From: Squalus acanthias
Lineage: Eukaryota
Assembly (NCBI GenBank): GCA_030390025.1
Contig: JASTWF010000034.1
Span: forward strand, 5,952,001-6,016,000
Direction of reading: 5' to 3'
Length of the DNA stretch: 64,000 nt
The position numbers and the translations under genes were made by a program. The first letter of the stretch is position 1; every line of letters begins with the position of its first letter. Shown in pieces: positions 1 through 13,000 of the stretch. A model generated the notes under the pieces. That model was not told the origin of the DNA. It was given only the letters and a program-made list of their open reading frames with translations, and did not search any database.

Positions 1-563
1 ATCCAGCACTCCCAGGGCAGGTACAATACAGAGCTCCCTCTACATTACCCTGAGAGTGTACCCCCACTTTATACCCAGTGTCAGCATCCAGCACTCCCAG
101 GGCAGGTACAATACAGAGCTCCCTCTACATTACCCTGAGAGTGTACCCCCACTTTATACCCAGTATCAGCATCCAGCACTCCCAGGGCAGGTATAATACA
201 GAGCTCCCTCTACATTACCCTGACAGTGTCCCCCCACTTTATCCAAATGTCAGCATCCAGCACTCCCAGGGCAGGTATAATACAGAGCTCCCTCTACACG
301 ACCCTGACAGTGTCCCCCCACTTTATCCAAATGTCAGCATCCAGCACTCCCAGGGCAGGTATAATACAGAGCTCCCTCTACATTACCCTGACAGTGTCCC
401 CCCACTTTATACCCAGTGTCAGCATCCAGCACTCCCAGGGCAGGTATAATACAGAGCTCCCTCTACATTACCCTGACAGTGTCCCCCCACTTTATACCCA
501 GTGTCAGCATCGTGCACTCCCAGGGCAGGTACAGTACCGAGCTCCCTCTACATTACCCTGACA
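1..563. repeat. 84-85 bp tandem repeat, ~6.5 copies (runs off the left edge)
   Basis: ATCCAGCACTCCCAGGGCAGGT recurs at 1, 86, 171, 255, 339 and 424; explains ORFs 78..449 and 226..561. Confidence 0.95.
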
Positions 564-593
564 TTACCACTGTTACTCCCTCCCGCTCCATAG

Positions 594-701
594 CATTTCT
601 GTTCCTCACTCTGCTCCAGCTCGGGTTCCCCAGCTACAGTTCCTCTGCCGTTTGTTCCAGGTATTCCAGGGTCCACTTTGCTGGACAGGCCACAGCGGGG
701 T
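594..701 (-). pseudogene. PEX5: PEX5 pseudo-exon (WxxxY-motif exon) with nonsense codon, frameshift and broken donor
   Basis: Acceptor cttcctctacccttAG, then DPAVACPAKWTLEYLEQTAEEL*LG and, after a 1-nt shift, EPELEQSEEQK(W). Resembles vertebrate PEX5 [28 protein letters not shown] as recalled. TAG at 636-634 replaces Trp; the expected donor reads CTATGG. Confidence 0.85.
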
Positions 702-785
702 CTAAGGGTAGAGGAAGGTTCAGAAGTCAAACACCATTTAAAGTGAAACAGTCAGAGCGGCCGTAATCACCCTCAGGACCTTAAC

Positions 786-1493
786 CACAATGCCCAGGGT
801 CAGTGACCCTTTACCAACAATGCCATGGGGCAGTGACCCTGTACCCACAATGCTCGGGGTCAGTGGCCCTGTACCAACAATGCCCGGGGTCAGTGTCCCT
901 GTACCCACAATGCCCGGGTTCAGTGAACCTATACCCACAATGCCCGGGGTCAGTGTCCCTGTACCCACAATGCCCGGGGTCAGTGAACCTATACCCACAA
1001 TGCCCAGGGTCAGTGTCCCTGTATCCACAATGCCCGGGGTCAGTGACCCTGTACCCACAATGCCCGTGGTCAGTGACCCTGTACCCACAATGCCATGGGG
1101 CAGTGGCCCTGTACCCACAATGCCCGGGGTCAGTGTCCCTGTACCCACAATGCCCGGGGTCAGTGAACCTATACCCACAATGCCCGTGGTCCGTGACCAT
1201 GTACCCACAATGCCCGTGGTCAGTGACCCTGTACCCACAATGCCATGGGGCAGTGGCCCTGTACCCACAATGCCCAGTGTCAGTGTCCCTGTACCTACAA
1301 TGCCCGGGGTCAGTGTCCCTGTACCCACAATGCCCTGGGTCAGTGAACCTATACCCACAATGCCCGGGGCTGTGACCCTGTACCACAATGCCCGGGGTCA
1401 GTGACCCTGTACCCACAATGCCCGGGGTCAGTGTCTCTGTACCCACAATGCCCGGGGTCAGTGACCCTGTACCCACAAAGCCCGTGGTCAGTC
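786..1493. repeat. 30-bp minisatellite (GTACCCACAATGCCCGGGGTCAGTGACCCT), ~23 copies, inside the PEX5 pseudogene intron
   Basis: 30-bp periodicity visible directly; explains the repetitive ORFs at 738-1476. Confidence 0.95.
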
Positions 1494-1506
1494 ACACACA
1501 TACACG

Positions 1507-1964
1507 GAAAGGCCCAGGCTCCATCCCCGGACTGTGCTGAGTTGTTTCCCTGCTCCACCCTCTACTCCCAGGGGTGATCTTACCTTGCTGCGGAGCGTGG
1601 CGAAGTCTCGAGTTCTCAATCTGCTGCATCTCCGCCAGCAGGTCGTCCATTTTGAATGTTTGAGGTGCCCGGGGCAGCAGCGGCCCATTCTGCTCAGTCA
1701 CAAACTCCGAAACTAACTGCGAGAGGGAGGGAGAGAGAGGCGGCAATTAGACCCACATAATGATATGTGCCCCAATCCTCAAATGTCCCCACCCGGAGTG
1801 GGTACTGAGAGCCCCACACACTCGGAGCAGAAAAGGCCGAGGCTCCATCCCCGGCCTGTGCTGAGTTACCCTGATCCTCGCCTGGTGTGGTGCTGAGAGC
1901 CCCCACACACTCAGAGCAGGAAAGGCCCAGGCTTCATTCCCGGCCTGTGCTGAGTTACCCTGAC
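1507..1964. repeat. Short local repeat (GAAAGGCCCAGGCTCCATCCCCGGcCTGTGCTGAGTT), 3 copies around the PEX5 exon
   Basis: Copies near 1507, 1830 and 1920; the last two sit in a ~90-bp tandem duplication. Confidence 0.75.
1584..1716 (-). pseudogene. PEX5: PEX5 N-terminal coding exon, 133 bp, open frame with canonical splice sites
   Basis: Polypyrimidine tract + cgcAG, then [44 protein letters not shown], then GTAAGA donor. [19 protein letters not shown] is characteristic of vertebrate PEX5. Confidence 0.93.
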
Positions 1965-2027
1965 CCTCACACGGTGAATGGAGCCTGGATTACAGGCTGA
2001 CACGATAACTGTGTTTGTCCTCCTCGC

Positions 2028-2063
2028 CTACTCCTCTGTAGCAGATCCCGGTGGCTTGGAGAT
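2028..2063 (-). pseudogene. PEX5: PEX5 36-bp micro-exon ending in a stop codon
   Basis: ttgcAG|ATC TCC AAG CCA CCG GGA TCT GCT ACA GAG GAG TAG|gcgagg = ISKPPGSATEE* (cf. ASKPLGVASEDE just before LVAEF in PEX5); donor is GC rather than GT. Confidence 0.8.
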
Positions 2064-2289
2064 CTGCAATAAAGCCTGGACTGCTTTGGCTGAATGGCCT
2101 GTTTCAGTGCCGTATATCCTATGTGAAGAGACTTTTTATAATTCTGAGGGAGAGAGGGAGAGGGACACATAGCGGGAGGAGGAGAGACCGATGGAGAGAG
2201 CGGGAGAGAGATGGGGAGACATAAATATTATAGTTATAGTCATATATTTGCATTATTGATTGATACTATTTATTATGCATTCGTAACAG

Positions 2290-3110
2290 ATCTTTAATTG
2301 GCATATAATTGGCAAATGAAATACAACACAGATAAATGTGACGTATTTCATTTTGGTAAGAAAAATAAAGAGGCCATATATCACTTGGAAACCAATAATT
2401 TAAATGGGGTGGAGATCTCGGAGTACAAATACACACTGCACTGAAAATAGTGACACAGATTAACGAGGCCATAAAAGAGCAAACCAAGCCTGTGGGTTTA
2501 TTCCGAGGGGGATCGAATTGAAAAGTAGTGAAGTTCTGCTAAACCTGTATCAAACCTTGGTTAGACCTCACTTGGAGTACTGCATACAGTTCTGGTCACC
2601 AGATTATAAAAAGGATAGAGAGAGGCTGGAGAGGGTGCAGAGCAGATTTACAAGGATAATATAGGAAATGCGAGGGTACCTCTATCAGGAAAGGATGAAC
2701 AGGCTTTTCTCTTGAAAAGAGAAGGCTGAGGGGTAACATAACAAAGATCTTTAAAATAATGAAAGGTTTTGAAAGAGAAGATACAGAGAGAGTGTTTCCA
2801 CTTGTGGGGAAGAGCAAGATTAGAGGCCATCATTATACGATAGTCACCAGGAAAACAAATAGGGAATTCAGAAGAAACTTCTTCACCCAGAGAGTGGTGA
2901 GAATGTGGAACTCACTTCCACAGGGAGTGATTGAAGCGAACAGTATTGATGCATTTAAGGGGAGGCTAGATAAGCATATGAGGGAAAAGGCAATAGAGGG
3001 TTACTCTAATAGAGTTAGATGAGGAAAGACGGGAGGAGGCTCGAGTGGAGCATAAACCCCGGCAGGGACTGGTTGAGCCGAATGGCCTCTTGCCCTGCCG
3101 TACATCCTAA
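2290..3110 (+). mobile_element. Degenerate 5'-truncated CR1 LINE (3' part of ORF2 plus 3' UTR)
   Basis: WQMKYNTDKC.. near 2310; ORF 2759..3022 has RRNFFTQRVVRMWNSLP; CR1-type 3' UTR GCCGAATGGCCT. Confidence 0.9.
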
Positions 3111-3379
3111 AAAATTCCAGCTGCTACAGCGACCCCTCTGGCAGGAGTGGGAACTACAGCGTGACATGTTTACATAGGATCTCCCATTGGGAAGCCCAGA
3201 GGCGGGAATTTCCACCGGAGCGGAGGGGAGGGGGTGCTCCAGGCCCCCAAATCTCTTCTCCCTCCCTGGGTTTTCTGGCCTTCTCTCCCCGATTCACCAT
3301 CCTCTTCCTCCTCCAGATGGAGGCTTGATGCCTAATCCCGGGCAGGGCCGGGGTGGGGATTGGGAACATTAGCTGCCGG

Positions 3380-3870
3380 TGTGACCACCTGTTCTGGGCT
3401 CTGGGCTGAGGTCGACCCGCCTCTTGCTCCGCCTGCCCAATCCCGGGGCTTTGCCGCCGCTTCAGGCGCTGAGTCTCGTCCCCCTGCCCCGCCCACTGAA
3501 GGGGCCGCTGGCCAATCGCAGCTGCCCGTTGCTTGACCGACAGCCGCCCCAACCAATAGCTAGTGCCGCTCTGGGGGATCCGCCGACTCGCTCGACGATG
3601 GACAGCTCGCCAACCAATCAAACGGTCGCTCCAGCACCTGAGCCTCTCAGCTCACGCCTCCCCGGCCGCTCGCTGATGGACATTTGAGTGAACCAATCAC
3701 TAGTTGGCGCCGCTGCGCTTCCACCAATCGGAGTGCAGCCTTTGTCCTCAATCCCCGCCCAGCAGCGTTACGTAATTACCCGCCCAGCGTGATTACATCT
3801 TCCGCTTCAGCGGCGAGTTTGCGCGCTGGAATCAATGAGAGACCTTAAAGCGGAGACGCATCCCGCTAAT
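3380..3870. promoter_or_regulatory. CpG-rich promoter-like segment with six CCAAT boxes and GC boxes
   Basis: CCAAT at 3437, 3512, 3553, 3614, 3693, 3724; CCCCGCCC at 3487 and 3753, CCCGCCC at 3779; palindromic TTACGTAA at 3768; many unmutated CpGs. Confidence 0.65.
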
Positions 3871-4056
3871 TATGGTTGTGCAACTATATTTCACAGCGGT
3901 CTCTTAAAGCGGTGTTTCTGTTACTGCACCAACTTTACAATTGTACCATTTCGTTAATATACATAATCTATTTCCCCAATACTGACCCATTACTGATATA
4001 AGAGGCATTTATACTGTCAATACTCTCTCTCCAACACTCAGTGCCCATTAAGACTG

Positions 4057-7000
4057 ACAGGACTGAAGGTGCAGGCCCGGACCGCGTAGTGAGGGACTGG
4101 AGTCAGGTGTAGGCCCAGACCGGGTATTGAGGGACTGGAGTGAGGTATAGACCCAGACCGGGTAGTGAGGGACCGGAGTCAGGTGTAGGCCCAGGCCAGT
4201 TATCAAGGGACTGGAGTGAGGTATAGACCAAGACCGGGTAGTGAGGGACTGGAGTCAGGTGCCGGCACAGACCAGGTAGTGAGGGACTGGAGTCAGGTGT
4301 AGGCCCAGACCGAGTAGTGAGGCACTGGAGTGAGGAATAGACCCAGACCGGGTAGTGAGGGACTGGAGTCAGGTGTAGGTCCAAACCGGGTAGTGAGGGA
4401 CTGGAGTCAGGTGTAGGCCCAGACCGGGTAGTGAGAGACTGGATTCAGGTGTAGACCCAGACTGGATAGTGAGGGACTGGAGTCAGGAGTATACCCAGAC
4501 TGGGTAGTGAGGGACTGGAGTCAGGTGTAGACCCAGCCTGGGTTGTGAGGGACAGGAGTCAGGTGTAGACCCAGACCGGGTAATGAGGGACTGGAGTCAG
4601 GTGTGGGCCCAGACCGGGTAGTGGGGGACTGGAGTCGGGTGTAGGACCAGAGCAGGTATTGAGGGACCGGAGTCAGGTGTGGGCCCAGACCAGGTATTGA
4701 GGGATCGGACTCAGGTTTAGGACCAGACCTGGTAGTGAGGGATTGGAGTCAGGTGCATACCCAGACCAGGTAGTGAGGGATTGGAGTGAGGTATAGACCC
4801 AGACCGGGAAGTGAGGGACTGGAGTCAGGTGCCGGCACAGACCAGGTAGTGAGAGATTGGAGTCAGGTATAGGCCCAGACCGAGTAGTGTGGGACTGGAG
4901 TGAGGAATAGACCCAGACCGGGTAGTGAGGGACTGGAGTCAGGTGTAGGCCCAGTCTGGGTAGTGAGGGACTGGAGTCAGGAGTATACCCAGACTGGGTA
5001 GTGAGGGACTGGAGTCAGGTGTAGGACCAGACCACGTATTGAGGGACCGGAGTCAGGTGTATATCCAGACCGGAGAGTGAGGTACTGGAGCCATTTGCAG
5101 GCCCAGACCAGGTAGTGAGGGACCGGAGTCAGGTGCAGGCCAAGAACGGGTAGTGAGGGACTGGAGTCAGAAATAGGCCCAGATCAGGTTTAGAGGGAAT
5201 GGAGTCAGGTATAGGCCCAGACCGGGTAGTGAGGAACTGGAGTCAGGTCTAGGCCCAGACTGGGTAGTGAGGGACTGGAGTCAGCTGTAGGCCCAGACCG
5301 GGTAGTGAGAGATTGGAGTCGGGTGTAGGCTAAGAGGGGGTAGAGAGGGACTGGAGTCAGGTGTAGGCCCAGCCTGGGTTGTGAGGGACTGGAGTCAGGT
5401 GTAGACTCAGACCGGGTAATGAGGGACTGGAGTCAGGTGTGGGCCCAGGCCGGGTAGTGGGGGACTGGAGTCGTGTGTAGGACCAGACCAGGTATTGAGG
5501 GACCGGAGTCAGGTGTAGGCCCAGACCAGGTATTGAGGGATCGGACTCAGGTGTAGGACCAGACCGGGTAGTGAGGGACTGGAGTCAGGTGTATGCCCAG
5601 ACCAGGTGGTGAGGGATTGGAGTGAGGTATAGACCCAGACTGGGTAGTGAGGGACTGGAGTCAGGTGCCGGCACAGACCAGGTAGTGAGAGACTGGAGTC
5701 AGGTATAGGCCCAGACCGAGTGGTGAGGGACTGGAGTGAGGAATAGACCCAGACCGGGTAGTGAGTGACTGGAGTCAGGTGTAGGCCCAGACCGGGTAGT
5801 GAGAGACTGGATTCAGCTGTAGGCCCAGACTGGGTAGTGAGGGACTGGAGTCAGGAGTATACCCAGACAGGGTAGTGAGGGACAGGAGTCAGGTGTAGGA
5901 CCAGACAAGGTATTGAGGGACCGGAGTCAGGTGTATATCCGGACCAGATAGTGAGGTACTGGAGCAAGGTGCAGGCACAGACCAGGTAGTGAGGGACCGA
6001 AGTCAGGTGTAGGCCAAGAACGGGTAGTGAGGGACTGGAGTCAGAAGTAGGCCCAGACCGGGTAGTGAGGGACTGGAGTCAGGTGTAGGCCCAGACTGGG
6101 TAGTGAGGGACTGGAGTCAGCTGTCGGCCCAGACCGTGTAGTGAGGGACTGGAGTCGGGTGTAGGCCAAGACCGGGTAGTGAGGGACTGGAGTCGGGTGT
6201 AGGCCCAGACCGGGAAGTGAGCGACTGGAGTGAGGTGTAGGCCCAGACCGGGTAGTGTGGGACTTGAGTCAGGTGTAGGCCCAGACCAGGTAGTGAGGGA
6301 CTGGAGTCAGGTGTAGGCCCAGACTGGGTAGTGAGGGATTGGAGTCAGTTGTACCCCAGACCGGGTAGTGAGGGACTGGAGTTGGGTTAGGACCAGAACG
6401 GGCTTTGAGGGACTGGAGTCAGGTGTAGATCGAAACCAGGTATTGAGGGACTGGAGTGAGGTATAGAACCAGACCGGATAGTGAGGGACTGGAGTCAGGT
6501 GTAGGACCAGTCCAGTTATTGAGGGACCGGAGTCAGGTGTGGGCCCAGACCAGGTATTGAGGGATCGGACTCAGGTGTAGGACCAGGCCAGGTAGTGAGG
6601 GACTGGAGTCAGGTGTAGGCCTAGTCCAGGTAGTGAGGGATTAGAGTGAGGTATAGACCCAGACCGGGTAGTGAGGGACTGGAGTCAGGTGCCAGCACAG
6701 ACCAGGTAGTGAGAGACTGGAGTCAGGTATAGGCCCAGACCGAGTAGTGAGGGACTGGAATGAGGTATAGACCAAGACCGGGTAGTGGGGGACTGGAGTC
6801 GGGTGTAGGACCAGACCAGGTATTGAGGGACCGGAGTCAGGTGTAGGCCCAGACCAGGTATTGAGGGATCGGACTCAGGTGTAGAACCAGACCGGGTAGT
6901 GAGGGACTGGAGTCAGGTGTATACCCAGACCAGGTAGTGAGGGAATGGAGTGAGGTGCCGGCACAGACCAGGTAGTGAGAGACTGGAGTCAGGTATAGGC

Positions 7001-10000
7001 CCAGACCGAGTGGTGAGGGACTGGAGTGAGGAATAGACCCAGACCGGGTAGTGAGGGACTGGAGTCAGGTGTAGGCCCAGACCGGGTCGTGAGAGACTGG
7101 ATTCAGCTGTAGGCCCAGTCTGGGTAGTGAGGGACTGGAGTCAGGAGTATACCCAGACTGAGATATGAGGGACTGGAGTCAGGTGTAGGACCAGACAAGG
7201 TATTTAGAGACATTAGTCAGGTGTATATCCGGACCAGATAGTGAGGTACTGGAGCAAGATGCAGGACCAGACCAGGTAGTGAGGGACCGGAGTCAGGTGT
7301 AGGCCAAGAACGGGTAGTGAGGTACTGGAGTCAGAAGTAGGCCCAGACCAGGTTTAGAGGGACTGGAGTCAGGTATAGGCCCAGACCGGGTAGTGAGGGA
7401 TTGGAGTCAGGTGTAGGCCCAGACTGGGTAGTGAGGGACTGGAGTCAGGTGTAGGCCCAGACCGGGTAGTGAGGGACTGGAGTCAGGTGTAGGCCAAGAC
7501 TGGGTAGTGAGGGACTGGAGTCAGGTGTAGACCCAGACCAGGTATTGAGGGATCGGACTCAGGTTTAGGACCAGACCTGGTAGTGAGGGATTGGTGTCAG
7601 GTGCATACCCAGACCAGGTAGTGAGGGATTGGAGTGAGGTATAGACCCAGACCGGGTAGTGAGGGACTGGAGTCAGGTGCCAGCACAGACCAGGTAGTGA
7701 GAGACTGGAGTCAGGTATAGGCCCAGACCGAGTAGTGAGGGACTGGAATGAGGTATAGACCCAGACCGGGTAGTGAGAGACTGGATTCAGGTGTAGGCCC
7801 AGACCGTGTAGTGAGAGACTAGATTCAGGTGTAGACCCAGACCGGGTAGTGAGGGACTGGAATGAGGTATAGACCCAGACCGGGTAGTGAGGGACTGGTG
7901 TCATGTGGAGGCCCAGACCGGGTAGTGAGGGACTGGAGTCGGGTGTAGGCCAAGACCGGGTAGTGAGGGACTGGAGTCGGGTGTAGGCCAAGACCGGGTA
8001 GTGAGGGAATGGAATCAGGTGTATACCAAGGCCGAGTAGTGAGGGATTGGAGTCAGGTGTAGGCCCAGTCTGGGAAGTGACCGACTGGAGTGAGGTGTAG
8101 GCCCAGACCGGGTAGTGTGGGACTTGAGTCAGGTGTAGGCCCAGCCCAGGTAGTGAGGGACTGGAGTCAGGTGTAGGCCCAGACTGGGTAGTGAGGGATT
8201 GGAGTCAGTTGTACCCCAGACCGGGTAGTGAGGGACTGGAGTTGGGTTAGGACCAGAACGGGCTTTGAGGGACTGGAGTCAGGTGTAGATCGAAACCAGG
8301 TATTGAGGGACTGGAGTGAGGTATAGAACCAGACCGGATAGTGAGGGACTGGAGTCAGGTGTAGGACCAGACCAGTTATTGAGGGACCGGAGTCAGGTGT
8401 GGGCCCAGACCAGGTATTGAGGGATCGGACTCAGGTGTAGGACCAGGCCAGGTAGTGAGGGACTGGAGTCAGGTGTAGGCCTAGTCCAGGTAGTGAGGGA
8501 TTAGAGTGAGGTATAGACCCAGACCGGGTAGTGAGGGACTGGAGTCAGGTGCCAGCACAGACCAGGTAGTGAGAGACTGGAGTCAGGTATAGGCCCAGAC
8601 CGAGTAGTGAGGGACTGGAATGAGGTATAGACCCAGACCGGGTAGTGGGGGACTGGAGTCGGGTGTAGGACCAGACCAGGTATTGAGGGACCGGAGTCAG
8701 GTGTAGGCCCAGACCAGGTATTGAGGGATCGGACTCAGGTGTAGAACCAGACCGGGTAGTGAGGGACTGGAGTCAGGTGTATACCCAGACCAGGTAGTGA
8801 GGGATTGGAGTGAGGTGCCGGCACAGACCAGGTAGTGAGAGACTGGAGTCAGGTATAGGCCCAGACCGAGTGGTGAGGGACTGGAGTGAGGAATAGACCC
8901 AGACCGGGTAGTGAGGGACTGGAGTCAGGTGTAGGCCCAGACCGGGTCGTGAGAGACTGGATTCAGCTGTAGGCCCAGTCTGGGTAGTGAGGGACTGGAG
9001 TCAGGAGTATACCCAGACTGAGATATGAGGGACTGGAGTCAGGTGTAGGACCAGACAAGGTATTTAGAGACATTAGTCAGGTGTATATCCGGACCAGATA
9101 GTGAGGTACTGGAGCAAGATGCAGGACCAGACCAGGTAGTGAGGGACCGGAGTCAGGTGTAGGCCAAGAACGGGTTGTGAGGTACTGGAGTCAGAAGTAG
9201 GCCCAGACCAGGTTTAGAGGGACTGGAGTCAGGTATAGGCCCAGACCGGGTAGTGAGGGACTGGAGTCAGGTGTAGGCCCAGACTGGGTAGTGAGGGACT
9301 GGAGTCAGGTGTAGGCCCAGACCGGGTAGTGAGGGACTGGAGTCAGGTGTAGGCCAAGACTGGGTAGTGAGGGACTGGAGTCAGGTGTAGACCCAGACCA
9401 GGTATTGAGGGATCGGACTCAGGTTTAGGACCAGACCTGGTAGTGAGGGATTGGTGTCAGGTGCATACCCAGACCAGGTAGTGAGGGATTGGAGTGAGGT
9501 ATAGACCCAGACCGGGTAGTGAGGGACTGGAGTCAGGTGCCAGCACAGACCAGGTAGTGAGAGACTGGAGTCAGGTATAGGCCCAGACCGAGTAGTGAGG
9601 GACTGGAATGAGGTATAGACCCAGACCGGGTAGTGAGAGACTGGATTCAGGTGTAGGCCCAGACCGTGTAGTGAGAGACTAGATTCAGGTGTAGGCCCAG
9701 ACCGGGTAGTGAGGGACTGGAATGAGGTATAGACCCAGACCGGGTAGTGAGGGACTGGTGTCATGTGGAGGCCCAGACCGGGTAGTGAGGGACTGGAGTC
9801 AGGTGTCGGCCCAGACTGGGTAGTGAGTGACTGGAGTCAGGTGTAGGCCCAGACCGGGTAGTGAGGCACTGGAGTCAGGTGTAGGCCCAGACTGGGTAGT
9901 GAGGGATTGGAGTCAGGTGTAGGATCAGACCAGGTATTGAGGGATCGGAGTCAGGTATCGGCCCAGACCGGGTAATGAGGAACTGGAGTCAGGTGTAGGC

Positions 10001-13000
10001 TAAGACTGGGTAGTGAGGGACTGGAGTCAGGTGTAGGCCCAGACCGGGTAGTGCGGGACTGGAGTCAGGTGTAGGCCCAGACTGGGTAGTGAGGGACTGG
10101 AGTCAGGTGTGGGCCCAGACCGGGTAGTGAGGGACTGGAGTCAGGTGTAGACCCAGACCGGGTAGTGAGGGACTGGAGTCAGGTGTAGGCCCAGACCGGG
10201 TAGTGAGGGAATGGAGTCAGGTGTATACCAAGACTGCGTAGTGAGGGACTGGAGTTAGGTGTAGACCCAGACCAGGTAGTGGGGGACTGGAGTCGGGTGT
10301 AGGCTAAGAGGGGGTAGTGAGGGACTGGAGTGAGGAATAGACCCAGATGGGTAGTGAGGGACTGGAGTCAGGTGTAGGCCCAGACTGGGTAGTGAGGGAC
10401 TGGAGTCAGGAGTATACCCAGACTGGGTAGTGAGGGACTGGAGTCAGGTGTAGGACCAGACCAGGTATTGAGGGACCAGAGTCAGTTGTATATCCAGACC
10501 GGATAGTGAGGTACTGGAGCCAGGTGCAGGCCCAGACCAGGTAGTGAGGGACCGGAGTCAGGTGCAGGCCAAGAACGGGTAGTGAGGGACTGGAGTCAGA
10601 AATAGGCCCAGACCAGGTTTAGAGGGACTGGAGTCAGGTATAGGCCCAGACCGGGTAGTGAGGAACTGGAGTCAGGTCTAGGCCCAGACTGGTTAGTGAG
10701 GGACTGGAGTCAGGTGTAGGCCCAGACCGGGTAGTGAGGGACTGGAGTCAGGTGTAGACTCAGACCGGGTAGTGAGGGACTGGAGTCAGGTTTCGGCCCA
10801 GACCAGGTAGTGAGGGATTGCAGTCAGGTGTAGGCTAAGAGGGGGTAGTGATGGACTGGAGTCAGGTGTAGACTCAGCCTGGGTTGTGAGGGACTGGAGT
10901 CAGGTGTAGACTCAGACCGGGTAATGAGGGACTGGAGTCAGGTGTGGGCCCAGACCAGGTATTGAGGGATCGGACTCAGGTGTAGGACCAGACCGGGTAG
11001 TGAGGGACTGGAGTCAGGTGTATACCCAGACCAGGTAGTGAGGGATTGGAGTGAGGTGCCGGCACAGACCAGGTAGTGAGAGACTGGAGTCAGGTATAGG
11101 CCCAGACCGAGTGGTGAGGGACTGGAGTGAGGAATAGACCCAGACCGGGTAGTGAGGGACTGGAGTCAGATGTAGGCCCAGACCGGGTCGTGAGAGACTG
11201 GATTCAGCTGTAGGCCCAGTCTGGGTAGTGAGGGACTGGAGTCAGGAGTATACCCAGACTGAGATATGAGGGACTGGAGTCAGGTGTAGGACCAGACAAG
11301 GTATTTAGAGACATTAGTCAGGTGTATATCCGGACCAGATAGTGAGGTACTGGAGCAAGGTGCAGGCCCAGACCAGGTAGTGAGGGACCGGAGTCAGGTG
11401 TAGGCCAAGAACGGGTAGTGAGGTACTGGAGTCAGAAGTAGGCCCAGACCAGGTTTAGAGGGACTGGAGTCAGGTATAGGCCCAGACCGGGTAGTGAGGA
11501 ACTGGAGTCAGGTCTAGGCCCAGACTGGGTAGTGAGGGACTGGAGTCAGGTGTAGGCCCAGACCGGGTAGTGAGGGACTGGAGTCAGGTGTAGACTCAGA
11601 CCGGGTAGTGAGGGACTGGAGTCAGGTTTCGGCCCAGACCAGGTAGTGAGTGTTTGGAGTCAGGTGTATGCTAAGAGGGGGTAGTGATGGACTGGAGTCA
11701 GGTGTAGACCCTGCCTGGGTTGTGAGGGACTGGAGTCAGGTGTAGACTCAGACCGGGTAATGAGGGACTGGAGTCAGGTGTGGGCCCAGACCGGGTAGTG
11801 GGGGACTGGAGTCGGGTGTAGGACCAGACCAGGTATTGAGGGACCGGAGTCAGGTGTAGGCCCAGACCAGGTATTGAGGGATCGGACTCAGGTGTAGGAC
11901 CAGACCGGGTAGTGAGGGACTGGAGTCAGGTGCATACCCAGACCAGGTAGTGAGGGATTGGAGTGAGGTGCCGGCACAGACCAGGTAGTGAGAGACTGGA
12001 GTCAGGTATAGGCCCAGACCGAGTGGTGAGGGACTGGAGTGAGGAATAGACCCAGACCGGGTAGTGAGGGACTGGAGTCAGGTGTAGGCCCAGACCGGGT
12101 CATGAGAGACTGGATTCAGCTGTAGGCCCAGTCTGGGTAGTGAGGGACTGGAGTCAGGAGTATACCCAGACTGAGATATGAGGGACTGGAGTCAGGTGTA
12201 GGACCAGACAAGGTATTTAGAGACATTAGTCAGGTGTATATCCGGACCAGATAGTGAGGTACTGGAGCAAGGTGCAGGCCCAGACCAGGTAGTGAGGGAC
12301 CGGAGTCAGGTGTAGGCCAAGAACGGGTAGTGAGGTACTGGAGTCAGAAGTAGGCCCAGACCAGGTTTAGAGGGACTGGAGTCAGGTATAGGCCCAGACC
12401 GGGTAGTGAGGGACTGGAGTCAGGTGTAGGCCCAGACTGGGTAGTGAGGGACTGGAGTCAGGTGTAGGCCCAGACCGGGTAGTGAGGGACTGGAGTCAGG
12501 TGTAGGCCAAGACTGGGTAGTGAGGGACTGGAGTCAGGTGTAGACCCAGACCAGGTATTGAGGGATCGGACTCAGGTTTAGGACCAGACCTGGTAGCGAG
12601 GGATTGGAGTCAGGTGCATACCCAGACCAGGTAGTGAGGGATTGGAGTGAGGTATAGACCCAGACCGGGAAGTGAGGGACTGGAGACAGGTGCCGGCACA
12701 GACCAGGTAGTGAGAGATTGGAGTCAGGTATAGGCCCAGAACGAGTAGTGTGGGACTGGAGTGAGGAATAGACCCAGACCGGGTAGTGAGGGACTGGAGT
12801 CAGGTGTAGGCCCAGTCTGGGTAGTGAGTGACTGGAGTCAGGTGTGGGACCGGAGTCAGGTGTATATCCAGACCGGAGAGTGAGGTACTGGAGCCATTTG
12901 CAGGCCCAGACCAGGTAGTGAGGGACCGGAGTCAGAAATAGGCCCAGATCAGGTTTAGAGGGAATGGAGTCAGGTATAGGCCCAGACCGGGTAGTGAGGA

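Noticed and set aside
738..1476. Repetitive ORFs (TPGIVGTGSL, VPTMPGVS)
   Set aside because: By-products of the 30-bp intronic minisatellite
3154..3687. ORFs in the GC-rich segment as the PEX5 first coding exon or another gene
   Set aside because: No MAMRELVE-like sequence or recognisable domain; such ORFs are expected by chance in GC-rich DNA
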